Shown here in pieces: positions 18,972 through 28,807 of a stretch of DNA of 64,000 nucleotides. A model generated the notes under the pieces. That model ran no database searches, was not told the DNA's origin, and was given only the letters and a program-made list of their open reading frames with translations. This DNA is from Terrimicrobiaceae bacterium (GTDB lineage Bacteria > Verrucomicrobiota > Verrucomicrobiia > Chthoniobacterales > Terrimicrobiaceae). The translations under genes were made by a program, and so were the position numbers. The DNA lies in the NCBI GenBank assembly GCA_041752695.1, contig JBGSVZ010000038.1, forward strand, positions 1-64,000, given 5' to 3'. Within the stretch, counting starts at the first letter, position 1; the number at the start of each line of letters is the position of its first letter.

Positions 18972-20504
18972 TCAGCGGTCCTTCAGTTGATAATGGTGCC
19001 ACGCGTGACCCGTCTTCGCGATGAGGGCATCGGCGGCTTCGGGGCCCCAGGTGCCCGCGGCGTAGTTCGGGAAATCCCGGGCGGGCAGGGCCTGCCAGAC
19101 GTCCAGGATCGGGTTCACAATGCGCCAGGAAGCATCCACGCTGTCGTAACGGTGAAAGAGTGTGGTATCGCCCACCATGCAATCGTAGAGCAGCGTTTCG
19201 TAGCCTGTGGCCGCCGTGTGCTCGCCGAAGTCGGCATAGCTGAAGTCGAGAGGCACGTTGGCCACGTTGATGCTGGGCCCGGGCTTCTTGGCGTGGATGT
19301 CCAACGTGATGCCTTCGTCGGGCTGCACGTGGATGACGAGCCGGTTGGGCATGACGTTATCCTGAATCTCGGAACCGAAGAGCAGGAGCGGGGCGCGGCG
19401 AAACCCGATGACGATCTGAGTCGTGTGGGCCGCCAGGCGTTTGCCGCTCCGAATATAGAAGGGGACTTCCGCCCAGCGCCAGTTTTCCACCTCGAGCTTC
19501 ATCGCGACAAAGGTCTCGGTGTTGGAGTGGGGATTCACGTCGGGCTCAGTGCGGTAGCCGGGCACGTTCTTTCCACCGCTTGTCCCCGCGCCGTATTGTC
19601 CGCGTACGGTGTTGGCAATGACCTCCTCGGGCTCCATCGGCCGGATGGCTTCGAGCACCTTGACCTTTTCGTTCCGCACGCTGTCGCCGGTGATGGAACT
19701 GGGCGGTTCCATTGCGACAAGGGAGAGCACGGAAAGAATGTGATTCTGCACCATGTCGCGCATCACGCCCGAATGGTCGTAATAACCGCCGCGTAGCTCC
19801 ACCCCGAGCTCTTCCGCGACGGTGATCTGGACGTATTCGATATAGCGACGGTTCCAGATGGGCTCAAAGATGCTGTTGCCGAAACGGAAGACCATGATGT
19901 TTTGCACGGTCTCTTTGCCCAGATAGTGATCAATACGATAGATCTGCGATTCCGAGATGTGCGAGGTCAGGTCCGCGTTAAGCTGACGGGCGCTGGCCAG
20001 ATCATGGCCGAAGGGCTTTTCAATAATGACCCTTCTCCAGATCCCCGCTTCCTCCTTGGTCAGACCCACAGTGTCGAGTTGCTCGACCACCTTTGCAAAA
20101 AACGAGGGCGCGACCGCGAGGTAAAACAGGACGTTGCCGGGAAGGTTCCAGGTTTTCTGCGCGTCGGCAATTTTCGCCGAGAGGTGTTTGAAGGTGTCGA
20201 TGCTGTTGAAATCGCCCTGGATGTAATAACTGCGGCGGGCGAAGTCGTCCCATTCCTTGTCGTCCACCGGACGCGTGGCGAATTCCTTGATGTCCTCGGT
20301 GATTTTCAGCCGGTACATCTCGTCATTGCCATCACTGACGGCCACCCCAATCACGGCAAAGTTCTGCGGGAGAAGCTTGAGAACCTTGAGGTTGTAAAGC
20401 GCGGGAAGCAGCTTGCGCTTGGTGAGATCTCCGGAGGCGCCAAAAATGACAATCGTGCAGGCGTCCCCGGGGCAGTCGTGACCGGTGAGAGGTTGTTGGG
20501 ACAT
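18972..20504 (-). CDS. zwf: Glucose-6-phosphate 1-dehydrogenase
   Basis: IFGASGDLTKRKL, EKPFGHD, RIDHYLGKE, DMVQNH. Confidence 0.97.
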   Translation of the reverse strand: MSQQPLTGHDCPGDACTIVIFGASGDLTKRKLLPALYNLKVLKLLPQNFAVIGVAVSDGNDEMYRLKITEDIKEFATRPVDDKEWDDFARRSYYIQGDFNSIDTFKHLSAKIADAQKTWNLPGNVLFYLAVAPSFFAKVVEQLDTVGLTKEEAGIWRRVIIEKPFGHDLASARQLNADLTSHISESQIYRIDHYLGKETVQNIMVFRFGNSIFEPIWNRRYIEYVQITVAEELGVELRGGYYDHSGVMRDMVQNHILSVLSLVAMEPPSSITGDSVRNEKVKVLEAIRPMEPEEVIANTVRGQYGAGTSGGKNVPGYRTEPDVNPHSNTETFVAMKLEVENWRWAEVPFYIRSGKRLAAHTTQIVIGFRRAPLLLFGSEIQDNVMPNRLVIHVQPDEGITLDIHAKKPGPSINVANVPLDFSYADFGEHTAATGYETLLYDCMVGDTTLFHRYDSVDASWRIVNPILDVWQALPARDFPNYAAGTWGPEAADALIAKTGHAWHHYQLKDR

Positions 20505-20618
20505 GGCGAATTCCTTGCTAGCGGAAACGGCGGAGGCGGCAAAACGAAATCGGCGGCGACAATGATTTTGTTGGTCCGGCCGGGGTCGGGGACATGAAGC
20601 CGTCGGGGCTTCGCAAGG

Positions 20619-20840
20619 TTAGAGGATCCTGACCATTTTGAGCCGACTCGACGCGCCGCTTTTGATCTCCACGGCGGATTTTGCACAGCCAAAATGCGCG
20701 GCGATCAGTTCGACCAACTCCTGGTTGGCTTTGCCGTCCACGGGCGGGGATTTCAGCCGGGCCAGCCAGATCCCATCCTCACCTTCCGTGAGGGTGTGCT
20801 CCCGCGCATTGGGTTTAACTTTGACCCGGAGGATTTTCAT
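20619..20840 (-). CDS. DUF167 (YggU-like) protein
   Basis: VKVKPNA, PPVDGKANQEL, SGASSRLK. Confidence 0.9.
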   Translation of the reverse strand: MKILRVKVKPNAREHTLTEGEDGIWLARLKSPPVDGKANQELVELIAAHFGCAKSAVEIKSGASSRLKMVRIL

Positions 20841-20898
20841 CGAGCCGATCCCGCCCGGCGGTCGGGCGGGGCAGGCTTCGTGAGTGGCAGACCGGCCG

Positions 20899-23355
20899 CT
20901 ACACCTTCACCGGATCGAGTTTCCAAATCTCGCGAGCGTATTCGCTGATGGTGCGATCGCTGGAGAACTTGCCCATCCGGGCGGTGTTCAAAATCGCCAT
21001 CCGGGCCCACTTGGACTGATCGCGGAAGGCGAGATCCACTTTTTTCTGGGCCTCGCTGTAGGAAGCAAAGTCCGGCAGGCAAAGGAACGGGTCGCTGTAG
21101 GTGAGGTTGTCCCGGAGCATGTTCAGGACGCCGGGAGGTTCGTCGGCGGTGAAATAATTCGAGCCCACCCAGTCGACCACGGCGCGAAGCTCTTCGTCCG
21201 CCTTGAGAAATTCCTGGGGGTTGTAACCCCGTTTCCAGAGCGCGGCGACTTCATCGACGGTCATGCCAAAGATGAAGATGTTCTCCGCGCCGACTTCCTC
21301 CATGATCTCGACGTTGGCCCCGTCCAGCGTGCCGATGGTGAGCGCGCCGTTAAGCGAAAGTTTCATGTTGCCGGTACCCGAGGCTTCCTTGCCGGCGGTG
21401 GAGATCTGTTCGGAAAGATCGGCGGCCGGGACAATGCGCTGGGCGAGGGAAACGCGGTAGTTTGGCAGGAAGACCACCTTCAGTTTATCCTCAATACGTT
21501 TGTCGGCGTTGATCATTTTTCCGACGGCATTGATCGCCTTGATGATGCATTTGGCGAGGTCGTACCCGGGCGCCGCCTTGGCGGCAAAGATGAACACCCG
21601 TGGGGTGATGTCCATCCCGGGATTTTGCAGGAGCCGACGGTACAGGGCGAGGATGTGTAGCAGGTTGAGGTGCTGGCGCTTGTATTCGTGCAGACGTTTG
21701 ATCTGAACGTCGAAAAGCGCGGCCGGATTGACCTCGACGCCGCAGGTGTCCTTGATGATACGGGCTAGGTCGATCTTGTTTTGGAGCTTGATCGCCATGA
21801 AATCTTTCTGGAACTGCGGGTCGTCCGCGTAGGCTTCCAGGCCGCGGAGTTTGTCGAGGTCGCGTTCCCAGCCATGACCAATTTTCGAGGTGATGAGGTC
21901 GGAGAGGCGGGGATTGCAGGCTAGGAGCCAGCGGCGCGGAGTAATGCCGTTGGTCTTGTTGTTGAATTTACCCGGATACAGCGTGTCGAACTCAGGGAAG
22001 AGGTCGCTCTTCAGGAGTTGGGTGTGAAGGGCGGCAACGCCATTGACAGAATGACCGCCGACAACCGAGAGGTGGGCCATGCGGACCATCTGGGTCGAGC
22101 CCTCCTCAATAAGGGAAAGGATTTGTTTTTTATGCGTGTCGCCGGGCCACTTAGCCTCGACCTCGTCCATAAAACGTTTGTTGATCTCGAAAATGATCTG
22201 GAGGTGACGAGGGATGACCTTTTGAAACAGCCCGACGCTCCACTTTTCGAGCGCCTCGGGCAGAAGGGTGTGGTTGGTGTAGGCAAAAACCTTGGTCACG
22301 ATGCCCCAGGCGGTGTCCCAAGTCATGCCGTACTCATCATGCAGGATGCGTTGGAGTTCGACCACGGCGATGGCGGGATGGGTGTCATTGAGCTGGATGG
22401 CGACCTTCTCCGGAAATTCGGCCCAATCCTCGTTGGTCTTGAGGAACCGACGGATGATGTCCTTGAGCGAACACGCCACAAAGAAGTACTGCTGGAGCAA
22501 ACGAAGCTCCTTGCCGATCTCGGTTTTGTCATTCGGATACAGGACCTTGGAAATGGTTTCGCTGTTGTTTTTCTGCCGGACGGCCTCCTCGTAGCCGCCG
22601 CGGTTAAAGGCGTCGAAGTCGAACTCCTCGGTCGCGCGGGACTCCCAAAGGCGGAGGTAGTTTACCGTATTGGTGCCGTACCCGGGAATCGGGATGTCGT
22701 AGGGGATTCCGAGGAGTTTTTTCCAGCCGGTCCAGCGTGGAACATAGTTGCCCCGGTCGTCGAAGACGTTCTCGACGTGGCCGTAAACCTGGATCTCCAT
22801 CGAGTGTTCGTAGCGGACGATTTCCCACGGCGTGCCGTACTGCATCCAGGCGTCGGGCAACTCGACCTGGTAGCCATTGCGGAACTCCTGCTTGAAGAGG
22901 CCGTATTGGTAATGAATGCCGTAGCCGACGGCCGGCAGGTCGAGGGTGGCCAGAGAGTCCAGGAAACAGGCCGCGAGGCGTCCCAAGCCACCGTTGCCCA
23001 GGGCCATATCGTATTCCTCCTTGCGCAGTTCCTCGTAATCGAGCCCGAGTTCCTCTAGGGCATGGACCATGTCGTCGAAGACCCCGGCACTATAAAGACT
23101 GTTGGAAAAAAGCCGGCCCATCAGAAACTCCAGGGAGAGGTAATAGACCCGCTTGACGTTCTCGTTGTGGTAGACCGCCTGGGTTGCCAACATGCGCTCG
23201 ACGATGACCGCCTGCACCGCCTTTGAGGTGGCCAGCCACCAGTCGCGTTTTGTGGCAGTCGAGGAATCGCGGGACTGGCTGAATTTGAGCTGATTCTGGA
23301 TGAGGGCTTTAAGGCCGGAGACGGACGTATCGAGGGCGGAGTGAAATTCGCTCAT
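20899..23355 (-). CDS. glgP: Glycogen/maltodextrin phosphorylase
   Basis: [48 protein letters not shown]. Confidence 0.97.
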   Translation of the reverse strand: MSEFHSALDTSVSGLKALIQNQLKFSQSRDSSTATKRDWWLATSKAVQAVIVERMLATQAVYHNENVKRVYYLSLEFLMGRLFSNSLYSAGVFDDMVHALEELGLDYEELRKEEYDMALGNGGLGRLAACFLDSLATLDLPAVGYGIHYQYGLFKQEFRNGYQVELPDAWMQYGTPWEIVRYEHSMEIQVYGHVENVFDDRGNYVPRWTGWKKLLGIPYDIPIPGYGTNTVNYLRLWESRATEEFDFDAFNRGGYEEAVRQKNNSETISKVLYPNDKTEIGKELRLLQQYFFVACSLKDIIRRFLKTNEDWAEFPEKVAIQLNDTHPAIAVVELQRILHDEYGMTWDTAWGIVTKVFAYTNHTLLPEALEKWSVGLFQKVIPRHLQIIFEINKRFMDEVEAKWPGDTHKKQILSLIEEGSTQMVRMAHLSVVGGHSVNGVAALHTQLLKSDLFPEFDTLYPGKFNNKTNGITPRRWLLACNPRLSDLITSKIGHGWERDLDKLRGLEAYADDPQFQKDFMAIKLQNKIDLARIIKDTCGVEVNPAALFDVQIKRLHEYKRQHLNLLHILALYRRLLQNPGMDITPRVFIFAAKAAPGYDLAKCIIKAINAVGKMINADKRIEDKLKVVFLPNYRVSLAQRIVPAADLSEQISTAGKEASGTGNMKLSLNGALTIGTLDGANVEIMEEVGAENIFIFGMTVDEVAALWKRGYNPQEFLKADEELRAVVDWVGSNYFTADEPPGVLNMLRDNLTYSDPFLCLPDFASYSEAQKKVDLAFRDQSKWARMAILNTARMGKFSSDRTISEYAREIWKLDPVKV

Positions 23356-23393
23356 GGTGGTATCGTTTTTAGGAATATGGGCGCGATGGGAAG

Positions 23394-23410
23394 AGCAAAA
23401 ATCACGCCAA
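23394..23410 (-). promoter_or_regulatory. Putative sigma-54 promoter of glgP
   Basis: TTGGCGTGATTTTTGCT (GG-N10-GC), about 40 nt upstream of the ATG. Confidence 0.5.
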
Positions 23411-23559
23411 GAGCAATTATGGCGCAATTTTTACCCAGAATCCCCCGGCAATCGGAGGTGCCAGGGCCTGCTTCCCGGCGGCGGCATCTTTCCGAAACCC
23501 GGCAACTTGATACACGCGGAAAAGGGCGCACCCGCGATTTTGAACAAAATCCCGTTATC

Positions 23560-23778
23560 ATGCGTATCCTTGGCATCGTCCTTATCGTCGTCGGTCTCCT
23601 CACTCTCGCCTTGCCCTATATTACCTTCACCAGACAGGAAAAGGTTTTGGATATCGGTCCGATCGAAGCTGTTGCGGAAAAGAAGGAGCGGCTGCCGATT
23701 TCTCCCATTGTCGGCACCGTCATCCTGCTCGCTGGGGCGGGTATTACCATCGCCACGGTGATGAAGAAAAGCGCCTGA
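23560..23778 (+). CDS. Small two-TM protein (DUF3185-like)
   Basis: GIVLIVVG...EKVLDIGPIE...PISPIVG. Confidence 0.8.
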   Translation: MRILGIVLIVVGLLTLALPYITFTRQEKVLDIGPIEAVAEKKERLPISPIVGTVILLAGAGITIATVMKKSA

Positions 23779-23862
23779 AGCAGGTTCCCCCCGCGGGTTT
23801 TTGTTTTAGCTCCCGTGAGAGTTCGCTGATCCCGACGCTGCCGAATCAAATTTGAGCCGACG

Positions 23863-24720
23863 ATGAAATTCCACGTGTCGTGCCAGATCGAATACGAGAT
23901 CCGGCCTCCGGTGAATCTGCTCTTTAATATTCGTCCTCGCGTCTCCAATTACCAACGTGTCGTCCACGAAAAACTCACCCTCTCTCCGCGGTCGGGCACG
24001 GAGTTGGTGATCACCGAGCCCGATGGCAACCGGTTCGACCGGGTGAAGGTTTCGGAAGGCAAGGAGCTGATTGTCCGTTACCAGGCAGAGGTGGAGCGGG
24101 ACTTTTACCTTTTTGATCCTGACACCCTGCGCAAAGTGTCACCCGCCCATTTGCACCACGCGCAGTTGCCGTATTTGCTCCCGAGCCGGTATTGTCAATC
24201 CGACAAGCTCGGGCGGTTTGCCTGGCAGAAATTTGGCAGCATTTCCGATGCTTATGACCAAGTCCTGAAGATCACGGAGTGGATTCATGAGAACGTCGAA
24301 TATGTGCCCGGTTCGACGACTTCTGCGACATCGGCTTATGACACGCCCATGGAATGCGCTGGGGTCTGCCGCGATTTTGCGCACCTCGGCATCGCTCTCT
24401 GCCGTGCCCTGACGATCCCGGCGCGATATTTTACGGGGTATGCACATCAGTTAAACCCACCGGATTTTCACGCCTGCTTCGAAGCGTTCATAGGGGGCTA
24501 TTGGATTTTGTTTGATGCCACGCGCCTTGCCCCTCCCAATGGATTGGTGCGCATTGCTTCGGGACGCGATGCGGCCGACGTCTCCGTTTGCACGATTTTT
24601 GGGATCGCAAGATCCGGGAAGCAGGATATCCGCTGCGAGTGTGTCGACGCTGAGTTTCAGCCCTTGCAGGAAGAGGAGCTTCGCAGGTCGGCAATCTCCC
24701 TGGAGGCTGGACCGACGTGA
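23863..24720 (+). CDS. Transglutaminase-like protein
   Basis: PSRYCQSD, GVCRDFAHL, ARYFTGY, DFHA, FDAT, GRDAAD. Confidence 0.92.
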   Translation: MKFHVSCQIEYEIRPPVNLLFNIRPRVSNYQRVVHEKLTLSPRSGTELVITEPDGNRFDRVKVSEGKELIVRYQAEVERDFYLFDPDTLRKVSPAHLHHAQLPYLLPSRYCQSDKLGRFAWQKFGSISDAYDQVLKITEWIHENVEYVPGSTTSATSAYDTPMECAGVCRDFAHLGIALCRALTIPARYFTGYAHQLNPPDFHACFEAFIGGYWILFDATRLAPPNGLVRIASGRDAADVSVCTIFGIARSGKQDIRCECVDAEFQPLQEEELRRSAISLEAGPT

Positions 24721-25634
24721 ACCGTCGGCGTATCATTCACACGACAACTTATCGCTACAGCGAACCGGTTTCCTTCGGGCCCCACCATCTCGTCGTCCGA
24801 CCTCGCGAAGGACATGACCTCCAGGTGCTTGAACAGGATTTGCGGATTCGCCCCGCATCCCGGGTGAGTTGGCATCGGGATTTGTTTGGCAATTCCATCG
24901 CCGAGGTGATGTTCACCGAAAGCGCGAAGCTTCTGGAATTTCGCAACGATGTGACGATAGTCCGGGGGAAATTTCGCCCTGGTCCCATTCAACTCGGGGC
25001 TCTGCCGGTGCCGTTTCCCGTCGCATACTCCGCATTGGAGAATCCGGTCGCCTCGGGATACCTCACCTCTGTCTTTCCCGAAGAATCATCGGACCTTGGT
25101 CAGTGGGTGCGGGAACGATTCGCGCCTTTGAATGGAAGCGATGTGGTGTCTTTGGTCCAAGGCATGGGAATGTGGATTTACCGCAACATTCGATACCGTC
25201 GCAGGGAGGACCGTGGCGTGCAGACTCCTCTGGAAACACTCCGACTCTCCTCCGGTTCCTGCCGGGATATGGCGACACTTCTCCTCGAGGCCGCGCGTGC
25301 GGCAGGGGTGGCTGCACGGTTTGCCAGTGGATACCTCGACAGTGCCGCATCCGCCGCCGGCGTGGCGGCTACTCACGCGTGGACCGAGGTCTATTTTCCC
25401 GATCACGGATGGTATGGCTATGACCCGACATTGGGCGAAGGAACCTCCTTCAAACATATCGTGACAGGCGTAAGTTCGCACCCGCGCGGAGTGATGCCCG
25501 TCAGTGGATCCTTTTCGGGAAAGGGCGATCCCTATCTGGGGATGACGGTCACGGTGAAAATTGAAGGTGGCAACGAGGACGAAATTCCCGGGGCTTCCAT
25601 ACATCCGAGCGACCCGGGAATGCCGATTTCTTGA
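24717..25634 (+). CDS. Transglutaminase-like protein with N-terminal domain
   Basis: HTTTYRY..RPRE, GSCRDMA, ARFASGY, THAWTEVY, YDPT; GTGA overlap. Confidence 0.92.
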   Translation: MNRRRIIHTTTYRYSEPVSFGPHHLVVRPREGHDLQVLEQDLRIRPASRVSWHRDLFGNSIAEVMFTESAKLLEFRNDVTIVRGKFRPGPIQLGALPVPFPVAYSALENPVASGYLTSVFPEESSDLGQWVRERFAPLNGSDVVSLVQGMGMWIYRNIRYRRREDRGVQTPLETLRLSSGSCRDMATLLLEAARAAGVAARFASGYLDSAASAAGVAATHAWTEVYFPDHGWYGYDPTLGEGTSFKHIVTGVSSHPRGVMPVSGSFSGKGDPYLGMTVTVKIEGGNEDEIPGASIHPSDPGMPIS

Positions 25635-25651
25635 TGAAAACACCTAATATT

Positions 25652-25837
25652 ATGAAAACACTTAATCTGACACTGGCCGTACTCGGTATCCTCGCCACCT
25701 CAACGATGAGCGGGTGTGTGAGTTTTGGGGATGACGATGATGATGATCGCACGACCACCACCCGGACCACCCGCTCCTCAGGAATGATCGCACCCTCTTC
25801 CACCACAGTGGAAAGAACCACCGTGATCGACGACTGA
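25652..25837 (+). CDS. Small lipoprotein, Asp/Thr-rich
   Basis: MKTLNLTLAVLGILATSTMSG-C lipobox, poly-D and TTT tracts. Confidence 0.7.
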   Translation: MKTLNLTLAVLGILATSTMSGCVSFGDDDDDDRTTTTRTTRSSGMIAPSSTTVERTTVIDD

Positions 25838-25857
25838 ATCTACTGCACCGTTAACGT

Positions 25858-25890
25858 GGCCCGCTCCGGCAATCCCGGGGCGGGCCTTTT
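25858..25890 (+). terminator. Intrinsic terminator
   Basis: GGCCCGCTCCGG...CCGGGGCGGGCC followed by TTTT. Confidence 0.65.
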
Positions 25891-28646
25891 CATTTCGACC
25901 CATGGAGAACGCAGGCTGGAAGGATCGCCAGCGCTTCGCAAACCCGGATTGAAGGTGCCGCGCCGGGCAAGGTACGGCGCGAAAGAAGCTCGTAACCCCC
26001 GTCCGGGTCCGCGACACTTGTGTCCTCCCAGACTTCGCCCGTGGGGATGCCGGCAAACGTTCCGCAAAGCCGGGGAACAATCACGACAAGCCGCTCACGG
26101 CCGAGCGTGCGGGCGAACGCGATGATGTGCTTTTGAAATTTTCCTGTGACTTTGAGCGGTTGATAGTCGGCCTCGCGGAAAAAGACGGAATTCTCCCGGC
26201 GAAAGCGGAGGAGAGTGTGAAGAAAGTGCAGTTTAATCCGACCTGAAGGCCAGTCTGCCAGCAGGCCAGTGACGTTGGCGCCGGGTAAGGACTTCAGAAG
26301 TTCTCGACGTTGTGCATAGTCCACCGGACGCCGGTTGTCCGGATCGACCAGACTCAGGTCCCAAATTTCTGTTCCTTGATAAATATCCGGCACACCTGGA
26401 GTCGTGCATTTGAGCACGGTTTGGGAAAGGGAGTTTAACATGCCTAAGAGGGAAATCCTCGACGCGTAACGGGTGAGGTCCTCGCGAAAAGGTCTGCTGA
26501 GATTCTCGTCCAGAATTTGCTGCACAAAAGATGTCGTCGCGTTCTCCCATTCCTCGACCGGCGAGGTCCAGCTGCTATTCACCTTTCCCTCCTTGAGGGC
26601 CTTGGTCATATAGGCTTGGATACGTTTGACGAACTCTTCGTCCACCGGGGAGTCGATGGGCCACGCGCCCAGAAGGGTTTGATAGAGCAGATATTCCTCA
26701 TTGGGGGAGGGGGCCAATTCGGTTCCTATTGGAGTGAGGTGTTTTCGGTTAAGTTTACTCCACCGTTTGACCGCTTTGCGCCACTCGCCGGACATCTCGG
26801 AAATGGCGGCTAGCCTCATCCGCACATCCTCGCTGCGTTTGGTATCATGCGTGGTGGTCGCGAGGAGAGTGTGGGGTGACAAGGACTGCCGAGCGCTGTT
26901 CCGGGCATGGAAGGATTTGATGGGAATGCCAAACATTCCCGGATTTCCTCCCACCTCGTTAAGAGCGGAAAGTCGGTTGAAAAGGTAAAACGCGGTGTCT
27001 TCCACGCCTTTGGCCATCACCGGACCGCTGCACTGTTGAAACTTCTGCACGAAGCGAAAATGGATCTGCCTTTGCGCTTCGGTGAGGCCTCCGGGTAACC
27101 TAAGCAGCAACACGGCGCGGAGGAAATCGAAGATGGCTTTTTCCATCGCGGGGTTCCGGCGTCTCGCTGCGGAAATTGCGCGCAAAACCTGCTTTTCTTC
27201 CTCTCCCGTTTGTGGTCGGTCCCCGCTGGCGTATGTCCGATAGACGGGAAAGCAGGCCATGACCTCGCGCACGGCATTGGTCAGCATGCTGAGCGTGTAA
27301 TCGCGAAACTGGCGGTGCATTTCCGAGATTTCATCAAGCATGCGTCCCAACGCCGCCATCTCGCTCCCCAGCGCGCTTTGCAGGGTTTGCCTCTTCTTCT
27401 CGTACGCCAGATCGGCGAAGCTCAGAGGGGTGTCGGTGAATTGCGCGTAAAATTTTGAGAGCCGTTTTTCCGCTGAGGCATCGGTAAAACATTGCACAAC
27501 CTGGTTGGCAAATTCGTATCCCGTCGTCCCGTGAACTGGCCAGTTTGCCGGGAGCGTTTCTCCGGTCATTTCCAGAATTTTTTCCACGAGGAGATAAAGC
27601 CCCTGAGGGTTGGTGGTCCCGCACATTTCGGCGTAGCGATCTTGCAGACGCCTGAGATAGTCCTGCGGATCCCAAAGCCCGTCGATATGGTCAATCCGCA
27701 GGCCCGTTACGTCGCCTCTGGCGAGCAATTCGAAGACGAGGCGATGGGCTGCGTCGAATACTTCGGGGATTTCCACCCGGATTGCGGCGAGGGAATTAAT
27801 ATCAAAAAAGCGACGATAATTGATCTCCCCCGCTGCAACCTTCCAATAACCGAGCCGATAAACTTGCTGCTCCAAAAGCGTGTGCAATTCGTCGAAGCTC
27901 CGGGCCACGCCCGGCTCACCCTCCAATTCTCGGAGGGTTTGCTCAATAGCGGCGGTCGTTTCCGGATGAACTTCCGCAAGCTCTCGCAGACGACTTTTCG
28001 CGAGGGTTTTGGAACCCGCGTCCTGAAAAAGTCCCGAGACCTTTCTTAATTCGACCGCGAGCTTCCCCGGCAGTCGGGTCGCCGCCTTGTCCAGAATAAA
28101 TGCATAAGATCGCAACCGCAATGGCAGGCGGGTGTGGAAGTAACACAGTTGGAAAGACCCGTTTTCCAGACGTAAGGTCAATTCTCCTTTCTCCAGCACA
28201 CACCCGTAGCGTTCTCCGAGGATGGGAAGCATCACACGATCTGCGAGAGCTGCTTTTCCCGGATGCCAATCGATGTCGAAATACTGCGCGTAGGGGGAGG
28301 CGAGGCCCTCCTCGAGGACCTCCATCCACCACTGATTGAGGGATTCGCCAATGCCCATGTGATTGGGAACGAAATCAAGGATCTGCCCCATTCCGCGATC
28401 GCGCAAGGCGGAGGACAATGTGCGGAAGTCGCCTAGGTCTCCGATGGCTGGATTGATGCGGTTGTGGTTGGTGACATCATAACCATGCGTGCTTTCCGGA
28501 GGGGCCTGAAAATACGGGGAGGTGTAAATGTCACTGATTCCCAATTCATCAAGGTATTCGACGATGGCGAGGGCATCCCGGAAGGTGAAGTCCGCGTGAA
28601 ACTGCAGCCGATACGTTGCGGTAGGAATGCGGGGAATGAGGTCCAT
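25890..28646 (-). CDS. treY: Malto-oligosyltrehalose synthase
   Basis: PTATYRLQF, STHGYDV, DFVPNHM, INYRRFFDI, GLRIDHIDGL, THDTKRSED, LVDPDNRRPVDY. Confidence 0.96.
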   Translation of the reverse strand: MDLIPRIPTATYRLQFHADFTFRDALAIVEYLDELGISDIYTSPYFQAPPESTHGYDVTNHNRINPAIGDLGDFRTLSSALRDRGMGQILDFVPNHMGIGESLNQWWMEVLEEGLASPYAQYFDIDWHPGKAALADRVMLPILGERYGCVLEKGELTLRLENGSFQLCYFHTRLPLRLRSYAFILDKAATRLPGKLAVELRKVSGLFQDAGSKTLAKSRLRELAEVHPETTAAIEQTLRELEGEPGVARSFDELHTLLEQQVYRLGYWKVAAGEINYRRFFDINSLAAIRVEIPEVFDAAHRLVFELLARGDVTGLRIDHIDGLWDPQDYLRRLQDRYAEMCGTTNPQGLYLLVEKILEMTGETLPANWPVHGTTGYEFANQVVQCFTDASAEKRLSKFYAQFTDTPLSFADLAYEKKRQTLQSALGSEMAALGRMLDEISEMHRQFRDYTLSMLTNAVREVMACFPVYRTYASGDRPQTGEEEKQVLRAISAARRRNPAMEKAIFDFLRAVLLLRLPGGLTEAQRQIHFRFVQKFQQCSGPVMAKGVEDTAFYLFNRLSALNEVGGNPGMFGIPIKSFHARNSARQSLSPHTLLATTTHDTKRSEDVRMRLAAISEMSGEWRKAVKRWSKLNRKHLTPIGTELAPSPNEEYLLYQTLLGAWPIDSPVDEEFVKRIQAYMTKALKEGKVNSSWTSPVEEWENATTSFVQQILDENLSRPFREDLTRYASRISLLGMLNSLSQTVLKCTTPGVPDIYQGTEIWDLSLVDPDNRRPVDYAQRRELLKSLPGANVTGLLADWPSGRIKLHFLHTLLRFRRENSVFFREADYQPLKVTGKFQKHIIAFARTLGRERLVVIVPRLCGTFAGIPTGEVWEDTSVADPDGGYELLSRRTLPGAAPSIRVCEALAILPACVLHGSK

Positions 28647-28726
28647 GGGCTCGTCAAAACCCCTTTCGCATCTCCCAATCATCCCGCGTGCACCCCCAGA
28701 AAAACATTTACCCCCACCGCCCATCC

Positions 28727-28786
28727 ACCCTCCACCCGTTACAATAAATGTCCCACCTGGGACATTTATTGTAACGGGTGGAGGGT
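28727..28786. repeat. Perfect 29-bp inverted repeat with 2-nt spacer
   Basis: ACCCTCCACCCGTTACAATAAATGTCCCA-CC-TGGGACATTTATTGTAACGGGTGGAGGGT. Confidence 0.92.
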
Positions 28787-28807
28787 TGGAATGGGGGCGG
28801 GAACGGG

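Noticed and set aside
20504..20519. TGGCGAATTCCTTGCT sigma-54-like match
   Set aside because: Points away from zwf, antisense to the downstream genes, with no credible ORF; likely chance.
18432..23058. Plus-strand ORFs of 231-454 aa
   Set aside because: Antisense shadows of glk, zwf and glgP.
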